Source of the DNA: Candidatus Latescibacterota bacterium
GTDB taxonomy: Bacteria; Latescibacterota; UBA2968; UBA8231
Reading direction: 5' to 3'
Length of the DNA: 64,000 nucleotides
Assembly: GCA_965206595.1 (NCBI GenBank)
Contig: OZ242214.1
Coordinates: 6,784,001 to 6,848,000, forward strand
The notes beneath the pieces are model-generated. The model made no database searches. It worked only from the letters and a program-made list of their open reading frames with translations, and was not told where the DNA came from. Shown piece after piece: positions 9,301-20,657 of this stretch. The number at the start of each line of letters is the position of its first letter. Within the stretch, counting starts at the first letter, position 1. The position numbers were made by a program, and so were the translations under genes.

Positions 9301-10101
9301 ATGCATCCCTTCGAAGACCTTGCCGTGCCGGAAAACCGCGTCGGCATTCACTGGTTCGGCCAGAGCAGCTTCGGTCTCAGGAACAGCTCCGGAGAGATCG
9401 TCCAGGTCGACCCGTATTACCCGCGCCAGCGGCCCGCGGCGGCGTACATACATCCGCGCCCGCCGTTGATGGAGGAATCGCTGCGCACCGATTGCGTGCT
9501 CCTCACCCACAACCACGGCGACCACACCTGCCTCGAGTCGATCGAGCGCATCCGCGGCGCCAACCCGGGTCTGGCCATCGTCGGGCCTTCGGAAAGCGCC
9601 GAGGCCCTGGCCGCCGCCGGGATACCGGAAGCGTCGATCACCGCGGTGGCTGCCGGCGATTCCGCCTCCGCCGCAGGGATGACGTTCCATACGGTCTACG
9701 CCAAGCCGGCGGCGGGCGACCCGGCCAACGGCATCGATCCGCCCGACGTTCAGCACCTCGGGTACGTCGTCGATACGGGGGCGGTGCGCGTGTACGTGTC
9801 GGGCGACCCGATCAACAACTTCGCCCGCCACAAGGAGCTGGTTGCCGCGGTCCGCGATCTGCGCCCCGACATCGGCCTGCTGACCAACCACCCGACGGAA
9901 GGGGAGTTCCCGTTCTTCGAAGGCTCGGCAGAAATGGCGGCGGCCATCGGGATCGAGACCGCGGTGCCGGCCCACTACGGCTGCTTCACCACGCGCGACT
10001 ACGATCCGCACGAGTGGGCCGCCCACCTTCCGGACGGCGTCGAGGCGCTCGTCATCCCCTACAACCAGTCGGCGGTCTACGTCCCTGGCCGCGCCGGCTG
10101 A
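9301..10101 (+). CDS. MBL-fold metallo-hydrolase (UlaG-like)
   Basis: WFGQSSF, VDPY, THNHGDH, PAHYGCF. Confidence 0.85.
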   Translation: MHPFEDLAVPENRVGIHWFGQSSFGLRNSSGEIVQVDPYYPRQRPAAAYIHPRPPLMEESLRTDCVLLTHNHGDHTCLESIERIRGANPGLAIVGPSESAEALAAAGIPEASITAVAAGDSASAAGMTFHTVYAKPAAGDPANGIDPPDVQHLGYVVDTGAVRVYVSGDPINNFARHKELVAAVRDLRPDIGLLTNHPTEGEFPFFEGSAEMAAAIGIETAVPAHYGCFTTRDYDPHEWAAHLPDGVEALVIPYNQSAVYVPGRAG

Positions 10102-10119
10102 GCCGTTCCAGCACAGCCG

Positions 10120-11637
10120 ATGCCGCCGGTCGTCGTAAGGACCCACGCCGAAGGGGCCGTGCTCCCCAGGGAGGAGCAGCTCGCCTGGAAGATCGCCGCA
10201 ATGGCGGCCGGCAACTCCTTCCTCGAGGCCGAGGTCGCCGAGATGATCGGCAACCGCCTCATCGATAACGCCGCGGTCGCCATCGCCGCCATCAACCGCG
10301 ACCCGGTGCGCAGCGCGCGCCTGCTTGCCCTCGGCTACCCCCACCCGGAAGGGAACGGGGCGTCGCTGTTCGGGATCCCCTGCGGGCGCACCTTCCACTG
10401 CGAGTGGGCGGCCCTCGCCAACGGGGTCGCCGTGCGCGAGCTCGACATGCACGACTGCTATCTGGCCGCCGACTACTCCCATCCCGGCGACACCATTCCC
10501 GGTCTCCTCGCGGTCGCGCAGCAGACCGGGCGCAACGGCCGGGAACTGGCCTTGGGGATCGCCACGGCATACGAAACGCAGATGGCGCTGGTGTCCGGGA
10601 TCTGCCTGCACGAGCACAAGATCGACCACGTCGCCCATCTCGCCCCCGCGGTCGCCGCCGGCATCGGCACCATGCTGGGAATGCCGGCGGAGGAGATCTT
10701 CCAGGCGGTCAACCAGAGCGTTCACCTCGGCTGCGCGACGCGGCAGTCGCGCAAGGGGGATATCACCAGCTGGAAGGCGTACGCCCCCGCCCAGGCCGGC
10801 AAAATCGCCATCGAGGCCGTCGGTCGCGCCCGGCTCGGGGAGAAGGCCCCCTCGCCGATCTACGAGGGCCGCGACGCCGTGATCGCCTGGCTGCTCGCAG
10901 GACCGGACGCGGAGTACACCGTGCCGCTGCCCTCGCCGGGAGAGCCGTTGAGGGCCATCCTGCAATCCTATACGAAGGAGCACTCGGCCGAGTACCAGGC
11001 GCAGGCCCTGATCGACATCGGCTTTTCCCTGCACGCCCACAGGTTCGATCCTGCAGAAATTGCGGAGGTGGTGATCCGCACCTCCCATCACACCCACAAC
11101 GTCATCGGCACCGGCGCCAACGACCCGCAGAAGATGGACCCCGGCGCCTCGCGCGAGACCCTCGACCACAGCGCCATGTACATCCTGGCGGTGGCCTGGG
11201 AGGACGGCGCCTGGCATCACGTCGACAGCTACACCTCGGAACGCGCCCACCGCGCTTCGACGGTGCGCCTTTGGCACAGGATACGCACCGAGGAGGTGCC
11301 GGAGTGGACGGCTGCCTACCACGACCCCGACCCGTCGCGCAAGAAGTTCGGGGCCGAGGTGGTGGTGGTGATAACCGATGGCTCGCGGATCAGCGAACGC
11401 CTCGACAATCCCAACGCCCACTCGTTCGGCGCCCGCCCCTTCCGGCGCGAGGAGTACGTGCGCAAGCTGCGCACCCTCACCGCCGGCCTCGCGGAAAAGG
11501 GGGAGAGCGGCCGCTTTCTCGGTTTGGTCGACAGGCTTACCGAACTCTCCGCCCGGGAGGTCCGGGAGCTCAACCTCGTCCTGCCGCGGGAGCGCCTGCT
11601 CGACGCGGAGGCACCCGGCCGCGTCGGCATCCTGTAG
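10120..11637 (+). CDS. prpD: MmgE/PrpD family protein (2-methylcitrate dehydratase)
   Basis: NGVAVRELDMHD..LAADYSHPGD, RQSRKGDITSWK, TKEHSAEYQAQA, ETLDHS. Confidence 0.85.
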   Translation: MPPVVVRTHAEGAVLPREEQLAWKIAAMAAGNSFLEAEVAEMIGNRLIDNAAVAIAAINRDPVRSARLLALGYPHPEGNGASLFGIPCGRTFHCEWAALANGVAVRELDMHDCYLAADYSHPGDTIPGLLAVAQQTGRNGRELALGIATAYETQMALVSGICLHEHKIDHVAHLAPAVAAGIGTMLGMPAEEIFQAVNQSVHLGCATRQSRKGDITSWKAYAPAQAGKIAIEAVGRARLGEKAPSPIYEGRDAVIAWLLAGPDAEYTVPLPSPGEPLRAILQSYTKEHSAEYQAQALIDIGFSLHAHRFDPAEIAEVVIRTSHHTHNVIGTGANDPQKMDPGASRETLDHSAMYILAVAWEDGAWHHVDSYTSERAHRASTVRLWHRIRTEEVPEWTAAYHDPDPSRKKFGAEVVVVITDGSRISERLDNPNAHSFGARPFRREEYVRKLRTLTAGLAEKGESGRFLGLVDRLTELSAREVRELNLVLPRERLLDAEAPGRVGIL

Positions 11638-11940
11638 TCAGTCAGCATTTGCCGACTCCCGTCATTCGCGGTCGTGTCCCTGGGACGGTAGCGTTGCCTT
11701 TCCGCACCGATCCTGCCCGTGCGTACTGCCCCTCTGCGGGGCCGATGGGCGCGGGGTTTCCACAGTCCTGGGTTGCCCGGCGAGTATCGAGGCAGGTCCG
11801 TGAATCGGTGCTCCGGTCCCGGCCCGGTGCGAACCCGGCAGGGGAGGCCCTGACAGGCCGAGACCCTGTTCCCCCGGCTCAGGAGTTCTCCGAATACATT
11901 GCCCCGCCTGGAACCCGATGCGGGGCCGCCCCGCCGGAGG

Positions 11941-12732
11941 CTACCAGCCCAGCTTCGAGGAGAGGTTGTTGAAGAAGTAGCTGTCCTGGAAGTAGATCAG
12001 CTTGGCCGTGGTCGAGGACTGGACGATCTGCACGTCGTCCCCGGGGCTCAGGGGGCCGAGAGGGCGTCCGTCCGCGGCGATATGGACGCCGTGCTCCCGG
12101 GTCTCCTCGCCGATGTGCAGCTCGATGCGGCAGTCGGGTGAGAGGATCAGCGAGCGCGAGGTGAAGTTGTGCTCGTTGATGCCGTCGAGCATCAGGCAGC
12201 GGACGTCCGGCATCACGATCGGCGCGCCCGCGGAGAGCAGGAACCCGGTGCTTCCGGTCGGGGTGCCGACCACGACCCCGTCCCCCTTGATGGTGCGGAT
12301 CTTGGTGCCGTTAACGGAGACGTCGATGTAGAGGAAGCCGCTCCCGGCATGGCGCACGATGACCTCGTTGATCGACCTCGTCACCCCGTGCGGATGCCGG
12401 CACTGGAGGACGAGGCGCTCGCTGACCAGGTAGTCCCCCTCGAGGAGCAGGGTCAGCACCCGGTCGAGGTCGTCGCGGTCGGCCGCGGTCAGGAATCCGG
12501 TAGTGCCGAAGTTGATCGCAAGCACCGGCCCTGAGCTGAACAGGTCGAGGGCCTTGAGGACGGTGCCGTCCCCGCCCATGGCCATGACCATGTCGAGATC
12601 CCCCGGCGGGGTCTCTTCCCACTTCAGGGTGACCAGCGAAATGCCGCGCCTGGCGAAGAGGTCGTCGAGTTCGGAAAGCGGGTAGGCCTGCTCTTCGTCG
12701 CGCAGCAGAACCCCGACTTTCTTCAGGTCCAT
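11941..12732 (-). CDS. nadK: NAD(+) kinase
   Basis: GGDGT, INE, GDGVVVGTPTGST motifs. Confidence 0.9.
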   Translation of the reverse strand: MDLKKVGVLLRDEEQAYPLSELDDLFARRGISLVTLKWEETPPGDLDMVMAMGGDGTVLKALDLFSSGPVLAINFGTTGFLTAADRDDLDRVLTLLLEGDYLVSERLVLQCRHPHGVTRSINEVIVRHAGSGFLYIDVSVNGTKIRTIKGDGVVVGTPTGSTGFLLSAGAPIVMPDVRCLMLDGINEHNFTSRSLILSPDCRIELHIGEETREHGVHIAADGRPLGPLSPGDDVQIVQSSTTAKLIYFQDSYFFNNLSSKLGW

Positions 12733-12894
12733 CCTCTACTCGCTCCGCGACGATTGCCGGCGCCGGCCGGCCACGACAGGAAGGGCTCCTCGACCGATCA
12801 TGCAGCGAGGCTCCCTTTCCGTTCCTCACGCCCGTGGTGATCCAAGGCAGGGGCGGTCTCCTCTTCAAAACCGGCTTTCACGGTAAACTCCTGC

Positions 12895-13803
12895 CTAGCT
12901 GCGCGCCTCTTTCCGCGCCTGCGTTTCGTACGCCTTGATCAGGGCCTGGGTGCCCTCGTCGGCGCACCCCATGCGCTCGACGATGTTGAAGTACTGGTGG
13001 GCGATGCTGACCGCTGGCAGGGCGAGCTTGACGTCATTCGCCGATTCGAGGACCAGCTTGAGGTCCTTCTGCTGCAGGCGCACCATGAAACCCGGGTCGA
13101 AGTCTCCCTTCAGGACGCGCGGTCCCAGGTTGGTCAGCTGCCAGGAACCGGCCGCTCCGCCGCTGATCGCGTCGACCACCTTCCCGACGTCGAGATCGGA
13201 GGCCGCCGCGAGCATCAGCGCCTCGGCCATGGCGAGGTTGGCCACGGCTACGCCGATCTGGTTGCAGAGCTTGGTAACCTGTCCGGCCCCGTTGCCCCCG
13301 ATCAGGTTGATGTTTTTTCCCATCGCTTCGAACACCGGGAGGCACTCGTCGAACACCTGTTGCTCACCGCCGACCATGATCGACAGCGTTCCCTGCTGCG
13401 CCCCGACGTCGCCGCCGCTGACCGGGGCGTCGAGCATGCCGACCCCCTTCTCCTTCAGGGCCGCGGCGATCTCGCGGGTCACTCGGGGCGACACGGTGCT
13501 CATGTCGATCACGGTGGCCCCTTCCTCCACTCCCTCGATCACTCCGCCCTCGCCGAGGATGACGGCCTCGACGTCCGGTGTGTCGGTGACGATGGTGATG
13601 ACGACCTGACTGCCTGCGGCCGCCTCTTTCGGGGTCGCCACCCGCTCCCCTCCGGCAGCGACCACCTCCTGAACGCGGGGGCGGTCGCTGCGGTTGTAGA
13701 CCTTGAGCGAGTATCCTGCCGCCATCAGGTTGCGGGCCATGGGGGCGCCCATGATCCCCAATCCCACGAATCCGATCCTGGTGCTTTCAGGTGACGCTGG
13801 CAT
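12895..13803 (-). CDS. 2-hydroxy-3-oxopropionate reductase / beta-hydroxyacid dehydrogenase
   Basis: GFVGLGIMGAPMA, LDAPVSGG, KLCNQ. Confidence 0.9.
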   Translation of the reverse strand: MPASPESTRIGFVGLGIMGAPMARNLMAAGYSLKVYNRSDRPRVQEVVAAGGERVATPKEAAAGSQVVITIVTDTPDVEAVILGEGGVIEGVEEGATVIDMSTVSPRVTREIAAALKEKGVGMLDAPVSGGDVGAQQGTLSIMVGGEQQVFDECLPVFEAMGKNINLIGGNGAGQVTKLCNQIGVAVANLAMAEALMLAAASDLDVGKVVDAISGGAAGSWQLTNLGPRVLKGDFDPGFMVRLQQKDLKLVLESANDVKLALPAVSIAHQYFNIVERMGCADEGTQALIKAYETQARKEARS

Positions 13804-13843
13804 CCGGTTCTCCTTGCAGATGGAAGCTGCTGCGGGTGTGTGA

Positions 13844-15652
13844 CTAAAAGGTGTAGAACAGGTGTCTGTTGTCCTCGATCTCGGCCGCGGCGTAGAACTG
13901 GGACAGCCATACCTGGAGGGCTTCGTTCCTGCGTTCCTGCAGCAGTTCCTCGAGGAGAGCTTCGCGCGCGTCGAGAAACGCCTCCTCGTCGATGGGGGTC
14001 GTTTCGATCACCCTGAGCAGGTAGGCGCCGTTGCGGGCGACGACAACGTCGCTCAGCTCGCCCGGCTCCATGGCGAACGCCGCCCTGGTTAATTCGGTGT
14101 TGCGGCCGACCCCCGGTACGAAGTCGGCGCGCGCGAACGGCTCGGTCTCGCTCAGCTCCAGTCCGTTGGCCGCGGCCGCGGAGGCCAGGTCGCCGCCGCC
14201 GAGCACGGCGCCGCGAATCTCCCGCAGCACCTCCCCCGCTGCCTCGGCCCGCTTGCGCCCCTGCAGGGATCGCTCGACCCGGGACCGTACCTCCTCCAGG
14301 GGGGCCACCCCTTCGTCGCGGGCCTCGACCAGCTGGGCAACCCAGAACGCCCCCTCGACGCTGCCGACCCGGCTGACCGTGCCGACTTCGCTGTCGAAGA
14401 ACAGGTTGACCACCCACCCGGTTCCCTGCCCGAGCCCGGGAATCACGCTCCCGGACGGCACGAAACCGGGATCGCGCACCTCGACCCCCTCGATAACGGC
14501 GGCGGCGTCGATTCCGCGGTCCGCGGCGAGCTCGCGGAAGTCGGAGGCCACCCGGTGGAGGGAGTCCTCCGTCGCCTGCAACGGGGTGAACTTCAGCAGG
14601 ATGTGCCGCGCCCGGACCTTCTCTTCCCCACCCTCCTCAAGGCGTTCCTCCAGCTTGATCAGGTGCCAGCCGAACCGGGTCAGCACGGGCTGCGACACCT
14701 CCCCGGGTTCGAGGGCGAAAACCGCCTCCTCGAACGGCGCCACCATGCGGCCGCGGCCGAAGCTGCCGAGGTCGCCGCCGCTGGCGGCGCTGCCCTCGTC
14801 CTCCGACATCGCCCTGGCGAGCTCGCCGAAATCGGCCCCGGCGGCGATATCTTCACGCAGGCTGCGCGCCTGCTCCTCGATCCCGGCCGAATCCGCGGCG
14901 CTGGGGACGCGAGGAAACAGGGCGTAGCGGATTCCCACCTGCCTGCCGTGCCGGTAGTCGTCGGCGTTGGCGGAGTACTCCGCCTCGACTTCCGCTTCCT
15001 CGAGCTCGGTTTCGCCGTCGGAGGGGGACGCCGAAGGGGTGAACACGTACTCGACCTTGACCTTCTCGTTGCGGTCGACGTAGTGCCGCCGCACCTCGGG
15101 GGCGCTGACGCGTACGGTCTCCATCAGCATCGTCTGCAGCCGGTGGTTGAGCAGCTGGTTCTCCCACATGCGCTCGATCTGCATGATGAATTCGCGGTTC
15201 CTGGCATCGGCGAAGGTGCCCTGATCGTGGAGGAACTGCTGGTAGAGCTGCGGGTCGAACTCCCCCTCCGTCTGGAACACCTCGATATCCTGGACGGCCT
15301 GCGGCGGTGCCTCGCGGGTGTAGGTCGCCAGCTCCTCGTCGGTGACTTGGATGCCTAGGCGGCCGAGCTGCTGGCTGACGATGGTCTCGCTGACAATCGC
15401 CTGCCACACCTCGCGCACGAGGGCGCCGTCGTCCCCCCGTTCCTCGCGGCCGCGCTGGCGCGCCGCGTTGCGCAGCGTCTGCTGGAAAAGTTTCAGGGAG
15501 ACTTCCTGACCGTTTATCACTCCGACGGCGTCGGATCGGGAGCGGGAGGTGCCGGAATAGTCGGCTCCCCACTCGACGACGATCAGTCCCACGAAAGCGA
15601 GGATCACGATCCACATGATGATGCCCGTGCTCTCTCGCAGCTTGGTCATCAT
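13844..15652 (-). CDS. PpiD-like membrane-anchored parvulin PPIase with SurA N-terminal domain
   Basis: N-terminal TM segment, GGDLGSFGRGRMVAPFEEAVF, VRARHIL. Confidence 0.85.
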   Translation of the reverse strand: MMTKLRESTGIIMWIVILAFVGLIVVEWGADYSGTSRSRSDAVGVINGQEVSLKLFQQTLRNAARQRGREERGDDGALVREVWQAIVSETIVSQQLGRLGIQVTDEELATYTREAPPQAVQDIEVFQTEGEFDPQLYQQFLHDQGTFADARNREFIMQIERMWENQLLNHRLQTMLMETVRVSAPEVRRHYVDRNEKVKVEYVFTPSASPSDGETELEEAEVEAEYSANADDYRHGRQVGIRYALFPRVPSAADSAGIEEQARSLREDIAAGADFGELARAMSEDEGSAASGGDLGSFGRGRMVAPFEEAVFALEPGEVSQPVLTRFGWHLIKLEERLEEGGEEKVRARHILLKFTPLQATEDSLHRVASDFRELAADRGIDAAAVIEGVEVRDPGFVPSGSVIPGLGQGTGWVVNLFFDSEVGTVSRVGSVEGAFWVAQLVEARDEGVAPLEEVRSRVERSLQGRKRAEAAGEVLREIRGAVLGGGDLASAAAANGLELSETEPFARADFVPGVGRNTELTRAAFAMEPGELSDVVVARNGAYLLRVIETTPIDEEAFLDAREALLEELLQERRNEALQVWLSQFYAAAEIEDNRHLFYTF

Positions 15653-15670
15653 AAGCTGTAAGCTCCGTTG

Positions 15671-16720
15671 CTACTGTCGGTCAGCCGCTGACGGCGGCTG
15701 GTTGGTGTTTGTTTCTGCCCCTCTGGTAATCGCCGTCTCGGGATGGCGCAGGAGGCAGGCGACCTGACGGCCTTCCTCCTCCACCTCTGCCAGCTCCGGG
15801 ACGACGCGCGTGCAGGCGTCGATGCGTTCGGGGCAGCGCGGGTGAAACGGGCACCCCGGCGGCACCGCCGCCGGGTTCGGGACGTCCCCGTCGAGGGTCC
15901 TGGGGCCGCGGCGCCGGGCCGGGTCCGGCAGGGGGACCGCCGACAGCAGCGCGCGGGTGTACGGGTGTAAGGGCCGGCGATAAAGCTCGTCTCGCGGGGC
16001 CATTTCGACAATCTTGCCCAGGTACATCACCGCCACCCTGTCGGAGATGTGGCGCACGACGCTGAGGTCGTGGGCGATGAACAGAAAGGTGAGCCCGAGG
16101 TCGCGCTGGATGTCCTGGAGGAGGTTGATGATCTGGGCCTGCACCGACACGTCGAGGGCGGAGACCGGTTCGTCGGCGACGATGAACTCCGGCTCGACCG
16201 CCAGGGCCCGGGCGATGCCGATGCGCTGGCGCTGTCCGCCGCTGAACTCGTGGGCGTAGCGGCGCGCCGAAGTCGCGGGCAGCCCGACCATGTCGAGCAG
16301 CTCGGCGACCCGGACTTGGACCGCGGCGCCCTCGGCCAGGCCGTGAATACGCAGGCCCTCGCCGATGATCGACCCGACCGTCATGCGCGGGTTAAGCGAC
16401 CCGTACGGGTCCTGGAAGACGATCTGCATGCGGCGGCGCAGGCGGCGCAGCTCGCCTCTCCCCAGGGCGCTGAGATTGCGCCCGCGAAAGAAGACCTCCC
16501 CCCCGGTCGGCTCGAGCAGGCGCAGGATCAGCCTTCCCAGGGTGGTCTTGCCGCAGCCGCTCTCGCCGACCACCCCGAGGGTTTCTCCGGGCAACACGGA
16601 AAGCGACACACCGTCCACGGCACGGACGTGCCCGCTGACGGGGCCCCACAGCCCCTTGCGGATCTCGAAATGCTTCTTCAGGCCCTTTGCCTGTATCAGC
16701 GGCAGGCTCGGTTCAGTCAT
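15671..16720 (-). CDS. oppF: Oligopeptide/dipeptide ABC transporter ATP-binding protein (OppF-like)
   Basis: [26 protein letters not shown]-terminal GCPFHPRC. Confidence 0.9.
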   Translation of the reverse strand: MTEPSLPLIQAKGLKKHFEIRKGLWGPVSGHVRAVDGVSLSVLPGETLGVVGESGCGKTTLGRLILRLLEPTGGEVFFRGRNLSALGRGELRRLRRRMQIVFQDPYGSLNPRMTVGSIIGEGLRIHGLAEGAAVQVRVAELLDMVGLPATSARRYAHEFSGGQRQRIGIARALAVEPEFIVADEPVSALDVSVQAQIINLLQDIQRDLGLTFLFIAHDLSVVRHISDRVAVMYLGKIVEMAPRDELYRRPLHPYTRALLSAVPLPDPARRRGPRTLDGDVPNPAAVPPGCPFHPRCPERIDACTRVVPELAEVEEEGRQVACLLRHPETAITRGAETNTNQPPSAADRQ

Positions 16721-17702
16721 CGGCTTTCCAGCAGCTCACGAGGTGCCCGGGCGCCCCTTCCTCCGGTTGCGGACGCTGCCGCCGGCAGCGGTAGTCGGCC
16801 AGCGAACAGCGGGGATGGAAGGCACAGCCCGAAGGGATGACGCGCGCGTCCGGGACCGAGCCGGGGATGGTGTCGAGCCGCTCCCGCTCTCCTTCCAGGA
16901 CGGGAATCGAACGCATCAGTCCCCGCGTGTACGGGTGCCGGGGAGATTCGAAAAGTTCCCGGGTCGTCGCGGTCTCGACGATCCTGCCGGCGTACATCAC
17001 CGCCACCCGGTCGGCGACCTCGGCGACTACCCCGAGATCGTGGGTGATCAGCAGGATGGCCATGTCCAGCTCTTCCTGGAGCCGTTGCAGCAATTCGAGG
17101 ATCTGCGCCTGAATGGTGACGTCGAGAGCGGTCGTCGGCTCGTCGGCGATCAACACGTCCGGGTTGCAGGAGAGGGCCATGGCGATCATGATCCGCTGCC
17201 GCATGCCGCCGCTCAGCTGGTGGGGATACTCGTCGATGCGCTGCTCGGGAGCGGGAATGCCGACCAGCTTCAGCATCTCGATGGCGCGCCCGCGGGCCTC
17301 CGCCCTGGAGGCGTCCTGGTGCAGCATCACCGCTTCCATGATCTGGTAGCCGCAGGTGAGCACCGGGTTCAGGCTCGACATCGGCTCCTGGAAGATCATG
17401 GCGACCTCGTCCCCCCGTATGCGGCACATCTCCTGCTCGGACAACGCCATGAGATCGCGGCCGTTGACGACAATGCGGCCGGCCTCGATGCGGCCTGGAG
17501 GCTCACGAACCAGGCGCATGACGGACAGGGCGGTGACGCTCTTGCCGCAGCCGCTCTCTCCCACCAGTCCCAGGGTCTCTCCTTTGAAAAGCGAAAACGA
17601 CACCCCGTCGACGGCGCGGCCGATGCCGTCGTCGCCGTGAAAGTAGGTGCGCAGGCCGTCGACTTCGACGACCGGGGCGGCCTCTCGGACAGGGGAGTTC
17701 AT
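16713..17702 (-). CDS. oppD: Oligopeptide/dipeptide ABC transporter ATP-binding protein (OppD-like)
   Basis: [24 protein letters not shown]; start ATG 17702 overlaps the upstream stop. Confidence 0.9.
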   Translation of the reverse strand: MNSPVREAAPVVEVDGLRTYFHGDDGIGRAVDGVSFSLFKGETLGLVGESGCGKSVTALSVMRLVREPPGRIEAGRIVVNGRDLMALSEQEMCRIRGDEVAMIFQEPMSSLNPVLTCGYQIMEAVMLHQDASRAEARGRAIEMLKLVGIPAPEQRIDEYPHQLSGGMRQRIMIAMALSCNPDVLIADEPTTALDVTIQAQILELLQRLQEELDMAILLITHDLGVVAEVADRVAVMYAGRIVETATTRELFESPRHPYTRGLMRSIPVLEGERERLDTIPGSVPDARVIPSGCAFHPRCSLADYRCRRQRPQPEEGAPGHLVSCWKADD

Positions 17703-18544
17703 CGCTGCGTGCCGGCCTCTACCGGCTCCGGTTCTCCCACCCCTTGCCACGTCCCGCAACGGCGCTCGATCTCCGCCCGCTCCCAGGCGGCAAGGCCGCT
17801 TTCGCGGAGGTCGATCTCCAGGCAGTTGCCTAATCCGCGGGCAATGCAGGCGGTCAGCGAGGGGATGTCGACCGGCTCTCCGGTGATTTCCCCGAGGTAC
17901 GAGCTCGAGTCCGCGATCGGGCCGCCGACATCCGCGCCGCGCAGAAAACTCCCGAGGAGGAGGTGCCGGGGACCGGTGAGAATCGAGCCGTGCTGCAGGA
18001 TGGCACCTCGAACCCGGCGCTGGGCGCTGCCGACGAGCTTGCGGCCCCGGTACGTCACCTCCCACTTCGAAGTGCTCGCGAAGCAGGGGGGCTTCGGGGC
18101 CTCCGGGGCCGAGCGGCCGCCCTGTCCCGCCTCCTGCCGGTGCAGGTCGACCGGGGCGCCGAAGGCCCGCAGTCCGGCCACCAGCGCCCTTCCGATCTCC
18201 CGGTACGTCGCCCCGGGGGAGGTACCCAGGCGGCCGCATCCTTCGCGGCAGATCACGCTGTAGGTCAGCTCCTCCCAGTGGAGCACGGCGCGCCCCCCGG
18301 TGAGCCTGCGCACCACGTCGATGCCGGCCCTGCGCACCTGGAGGAGATTCAGCTCGCGCTTCGGATCCTGGTTGTATCCCAGTGATACCGCCGGGGGATC
18401 CCAGCGGTACAGGCGGAATACCGAGGGGCTGCAGCCGGCGCCGACGGCCTGGAGAAGCACCGCGTCCGCCTGCATGTTGAAGTCGCCTGACGACGCCCCG
18501 GTATCGAGCAGGCGCCAGGTTTCCGTCTCGGCAATCATGCTCAA
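17699..18544 (-). CDS. Lipoate-protein ligase / octanoyltransferase (LplA/LipM family)
   Basis: [32 protein letters not shown]. Confidence 0.9.
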   Translation of the reverse strand: MSMIAETETWRLLDTGASSGDFNMQADAVLLQAVGAGCSPSVFRLYRWDPPAVSLGYNQDPKRELNLLQVRRAGIDVVRRLTGGRAVLHWEELTYSVICREGCGRLGTSPGATYREIGRALVAGLRAFGAPVDLHRQEAGQGGRSAPEAPKPPCFASTSKWEVTYRGRKLVGSAQRRVRGAILQHGSILTGPRHLLLGSFLRGADVGGPIADSSSYLGEITGEPVDIPSLTACIARGLGNCLEIDLRESGLAAWERAEIERRCGTWQGVGEPEPVEAGTQR

Positions 18545-18572
18545 TCCCCGGCCGCCAGTTTCGCCCGCGGCC

Positions 18573-19328
18573 TCACAGCTGTCCGAGCTTGAGGAGGGCG
18601 TCCCGGGCAGCCATCTGCTGCGCTTCCTTCTTGCTCCTGCCGCTGCCGAAACCGACCTCCTCCCCGGTGACGGAGACCGACACGCTGAAGACCTTGTCGT
18701 GATCCGGCCCCTTCTCGTCCTGTACGTGATACCTCGGATAGCCCCACCCCAGGCTCTGGGTGTGCTCGAGCAGACTGCTCTTGAAATTGATGGAGTCCTG
18801 GCGCTGGTGAAGCTCTTCGAAATCTCCCATGACCACCCGCTCTACGAAGCCCCTGGCCCCTTCGAGTCCGCCGTCGAGGTACATGGCGCCGATCACGGCC
18901 TCGAAGGTGTCGCTGAGAATGGAGTCCTGATCGGCTCCTCCCACGTTGCGCTCCTCCTGGCTCAGCAGCAGGAAACGCCCGAGCTCGATGCTGCGCGCCT
19001 TGCGGGCGAGGACGGGGCGGCTGACGACGAGGGACTTCATCTTCGTGAGGTCCCCCTCGCGACGGTCTTCGTGGCGACGGAACAGCTCCTCGGCGACCAG
19101 CAGGTCGAGCACGGCGTCGCCGAGGTACTCGAGACGCTCGTTGGAGTCGACGCCGCTTCCCTGCCGGGCGTACACGTAGGAGCGGTGTTTGAGCGCCGTA
19201 AGCAGCAGCTCCTGGTCGCGGAAGCGATACCCCAGGCGCTGCTCGATCTCTTCGAGATGGCCTGGCGGGGCCGTATTCCCCGATCTCGAGAATCGGCTGC
19301 GGCTGAACAGTGTGGAAAGCCATCCCAT
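18573..19328 (-). CDS. rnc: Ribonuclease III
   Basis: NERLEYLGDAVL signature and C-terminal dsRBD. Confidence 0.97.
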   Translation of the reverse strand: MGWLSTLFSRSRFSRSGNTAPPGHLEEIEQRLGYRFRDQELLLTALKHRSYVYARQGSGVDSNERLEYLGDAVLDLLVAEELFRRHEDRREGDLTKMKSLVVSRPVLARKARSIELGRFLLLSQEERNVGGADQDSILSDTFEAVIGAMYLDGGLEGARGFVERVVMGDFEELHQRQDSINFKSSLLEHTQSLGWGYPRYHVQDEKGPDHDKVFSVSVSVTGEEVGFGSGRSKKEAQQMAARDALLKLGQL

Positions 19329-19400
19329 GAGGTGCTGCGATCCCGGGAGCCGAACAGGGTGCCGGACGGGCGCCGCCCCGCTTGCCCGGAAGTGGCAGGG

Positions 19401-20657
19401 TCAGTCGAAGCGTCCGAAGATGAGCGCAACGTTGTGGCCCCCGAAACCGAAGGAGTTGTTCAATACGCAGCGGACATCAGCCTTGCGCGCCTCGTTGGGG
19501 ACGTAGTCGAGGTCGCACTCGGGATCGGGGTTTTCGTAGTTGATCGTCGGCGGCAGCACGCCGTTGGCTAGCGCCAGCAGGCAGGCAATGCTCTCTATGG
19601 CGCCGGCGGCTCCCAGCAGGTGCCCCGTCATCGACTTGGTGGAGCTCACCGCCAAGCCGTTGCGGGCATGCGCGCCGAAGACGTTCCTGATCGCCGCGGT
19701 TTCCTGCGGGTCGCCGATGACCGTCGACGTCCCGTGCGCGTTGATGTAGTCGACGGCGCCGGGGGAAAGGCCGGCGTCCCGCAGCGCGATGCGCATCGCC
19801 CGCGCCCCTCCCTCTCCTTCGGGGGCCATGTCGGTGATGTGGTAGGCGTCCGCGGTGAACCCGAGCCCGAGGAATTCACCCATGATGTCGGCGCCGCGCG
19901 ATTTCGCGTGCTCGAGCTCTTCGAGCACGACGGCTCCGGCCCCTTCGCTCAGCACGAAACCGTTGCGCTCGGCGTCGAACGGCCGGCTCGCCCGTTCCGG
20001 TTCCTCGTTGCGCACCGCCAGGGCGCGCGAGGCGGCGAAGCCGGCTACCGAGAACGGGGTGACCGCGGCTTCGCTTCCCCCGGCAATCATCACCTCGGCT
20101 TCGCCGTACTGGATCTTGCGCGCCGCCTCGCCGATCGCGTGGGCGGCCGAGGAGCAGGCGGAAACGGTGGTGTAGTTGGGTCCCTTGGCCCCCAGCTTGA
20201 TCGATATCATCCCCGCCGACATGTCGCTTATCATCGAGGGGATGAAGAAGGGGCTAATGCGGCCCGGACCCCTGTCGTTGAGAACGTTATGCTGTTCCTC
20301 AAGGGTGGAGATGCCGCCGATTCCCGACCCGAAAATCACTCCCATGCGCTCAGAATCGACGGAATCGGCGCTGATCCCCGCTCGCGTCGCCGCCTCGACC
20401 GCGGTGTGGACGGCATAGTGAACGAAAGGGTCGTTGCGGCGCACTTCCCTGTGGCCGAGCGACTCGCCCGGGTCGAACCCCTTGAGCTCCCCGGCGATCT
20501 TCACCTTGTGCGCCGAGGTGTCGAACCGGGTGATTTCACCGATGCCGGAACGGCCGTCGATCAGGGCCTCCCAGAAGGCCTCGATGCCGTTGCCGTTGGG
20601 GGCCAGCACACCGGCACCCGTGACCGCTACTCTGCGCCTGGACACGGACAGTCCCAC
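19401..20657 (-). CDS. fabF: 3-oxoacyl-ACP synthase II
   Basis: SACSS, INAHGTST, KSMTGHLLGAAG, NSFGFGGHN. Confidence 0.97.
   Translation of the reverse strand: MGLSVSRRRVAVTGAGVLAPNGNGIEAFWEALIDGRSGIGEITRFDTSAHKVKIAGELKGFDPGESLGHREVRRNDPFVHYAVHTAVEAATRAGISADSVDSERMGVIFGSGIGGISTLEEQHNVLNDRGPGRISPFFIPSMISDMSAGMISIKLGAKGPNYTTVSACSSAAHAIGEAARKIQYGEAEVMIAGGSEAAVTPFSVAGFAASRALAVRNEEPERASRPFDAERNGFVLSEGAGAVVLEELEHAKSRGADIMGEFLGLGFTADAYHITDMAPEGEGGARAMRIALRDAGLSPGAVDYINAHGTSTVIGDPQETAAIRNVFGAHARNGLAVSSTKSMTGHLLGAAGAIESIACLLALANGVLPPTINYENPDPECDLDYVPNEARKADVRCVLNNSFGFGGHNVALIFGRFD

Noticed and set aside
11638-11940. 300-bp GC-rich gap between prpD and nadK as a possible ncRNA
   Set aside because: No recognisable RNA family motif; it lies between convergent genes.
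16713-18239. Long N-terminal extensions on oppD (also on the SAT-like gene, rhaM, radC, pcm and nadX in the ORF track)
   Set aside because: The extensions overlap neighbouring genes or promoters; downstream ATGs fit family lengths better.
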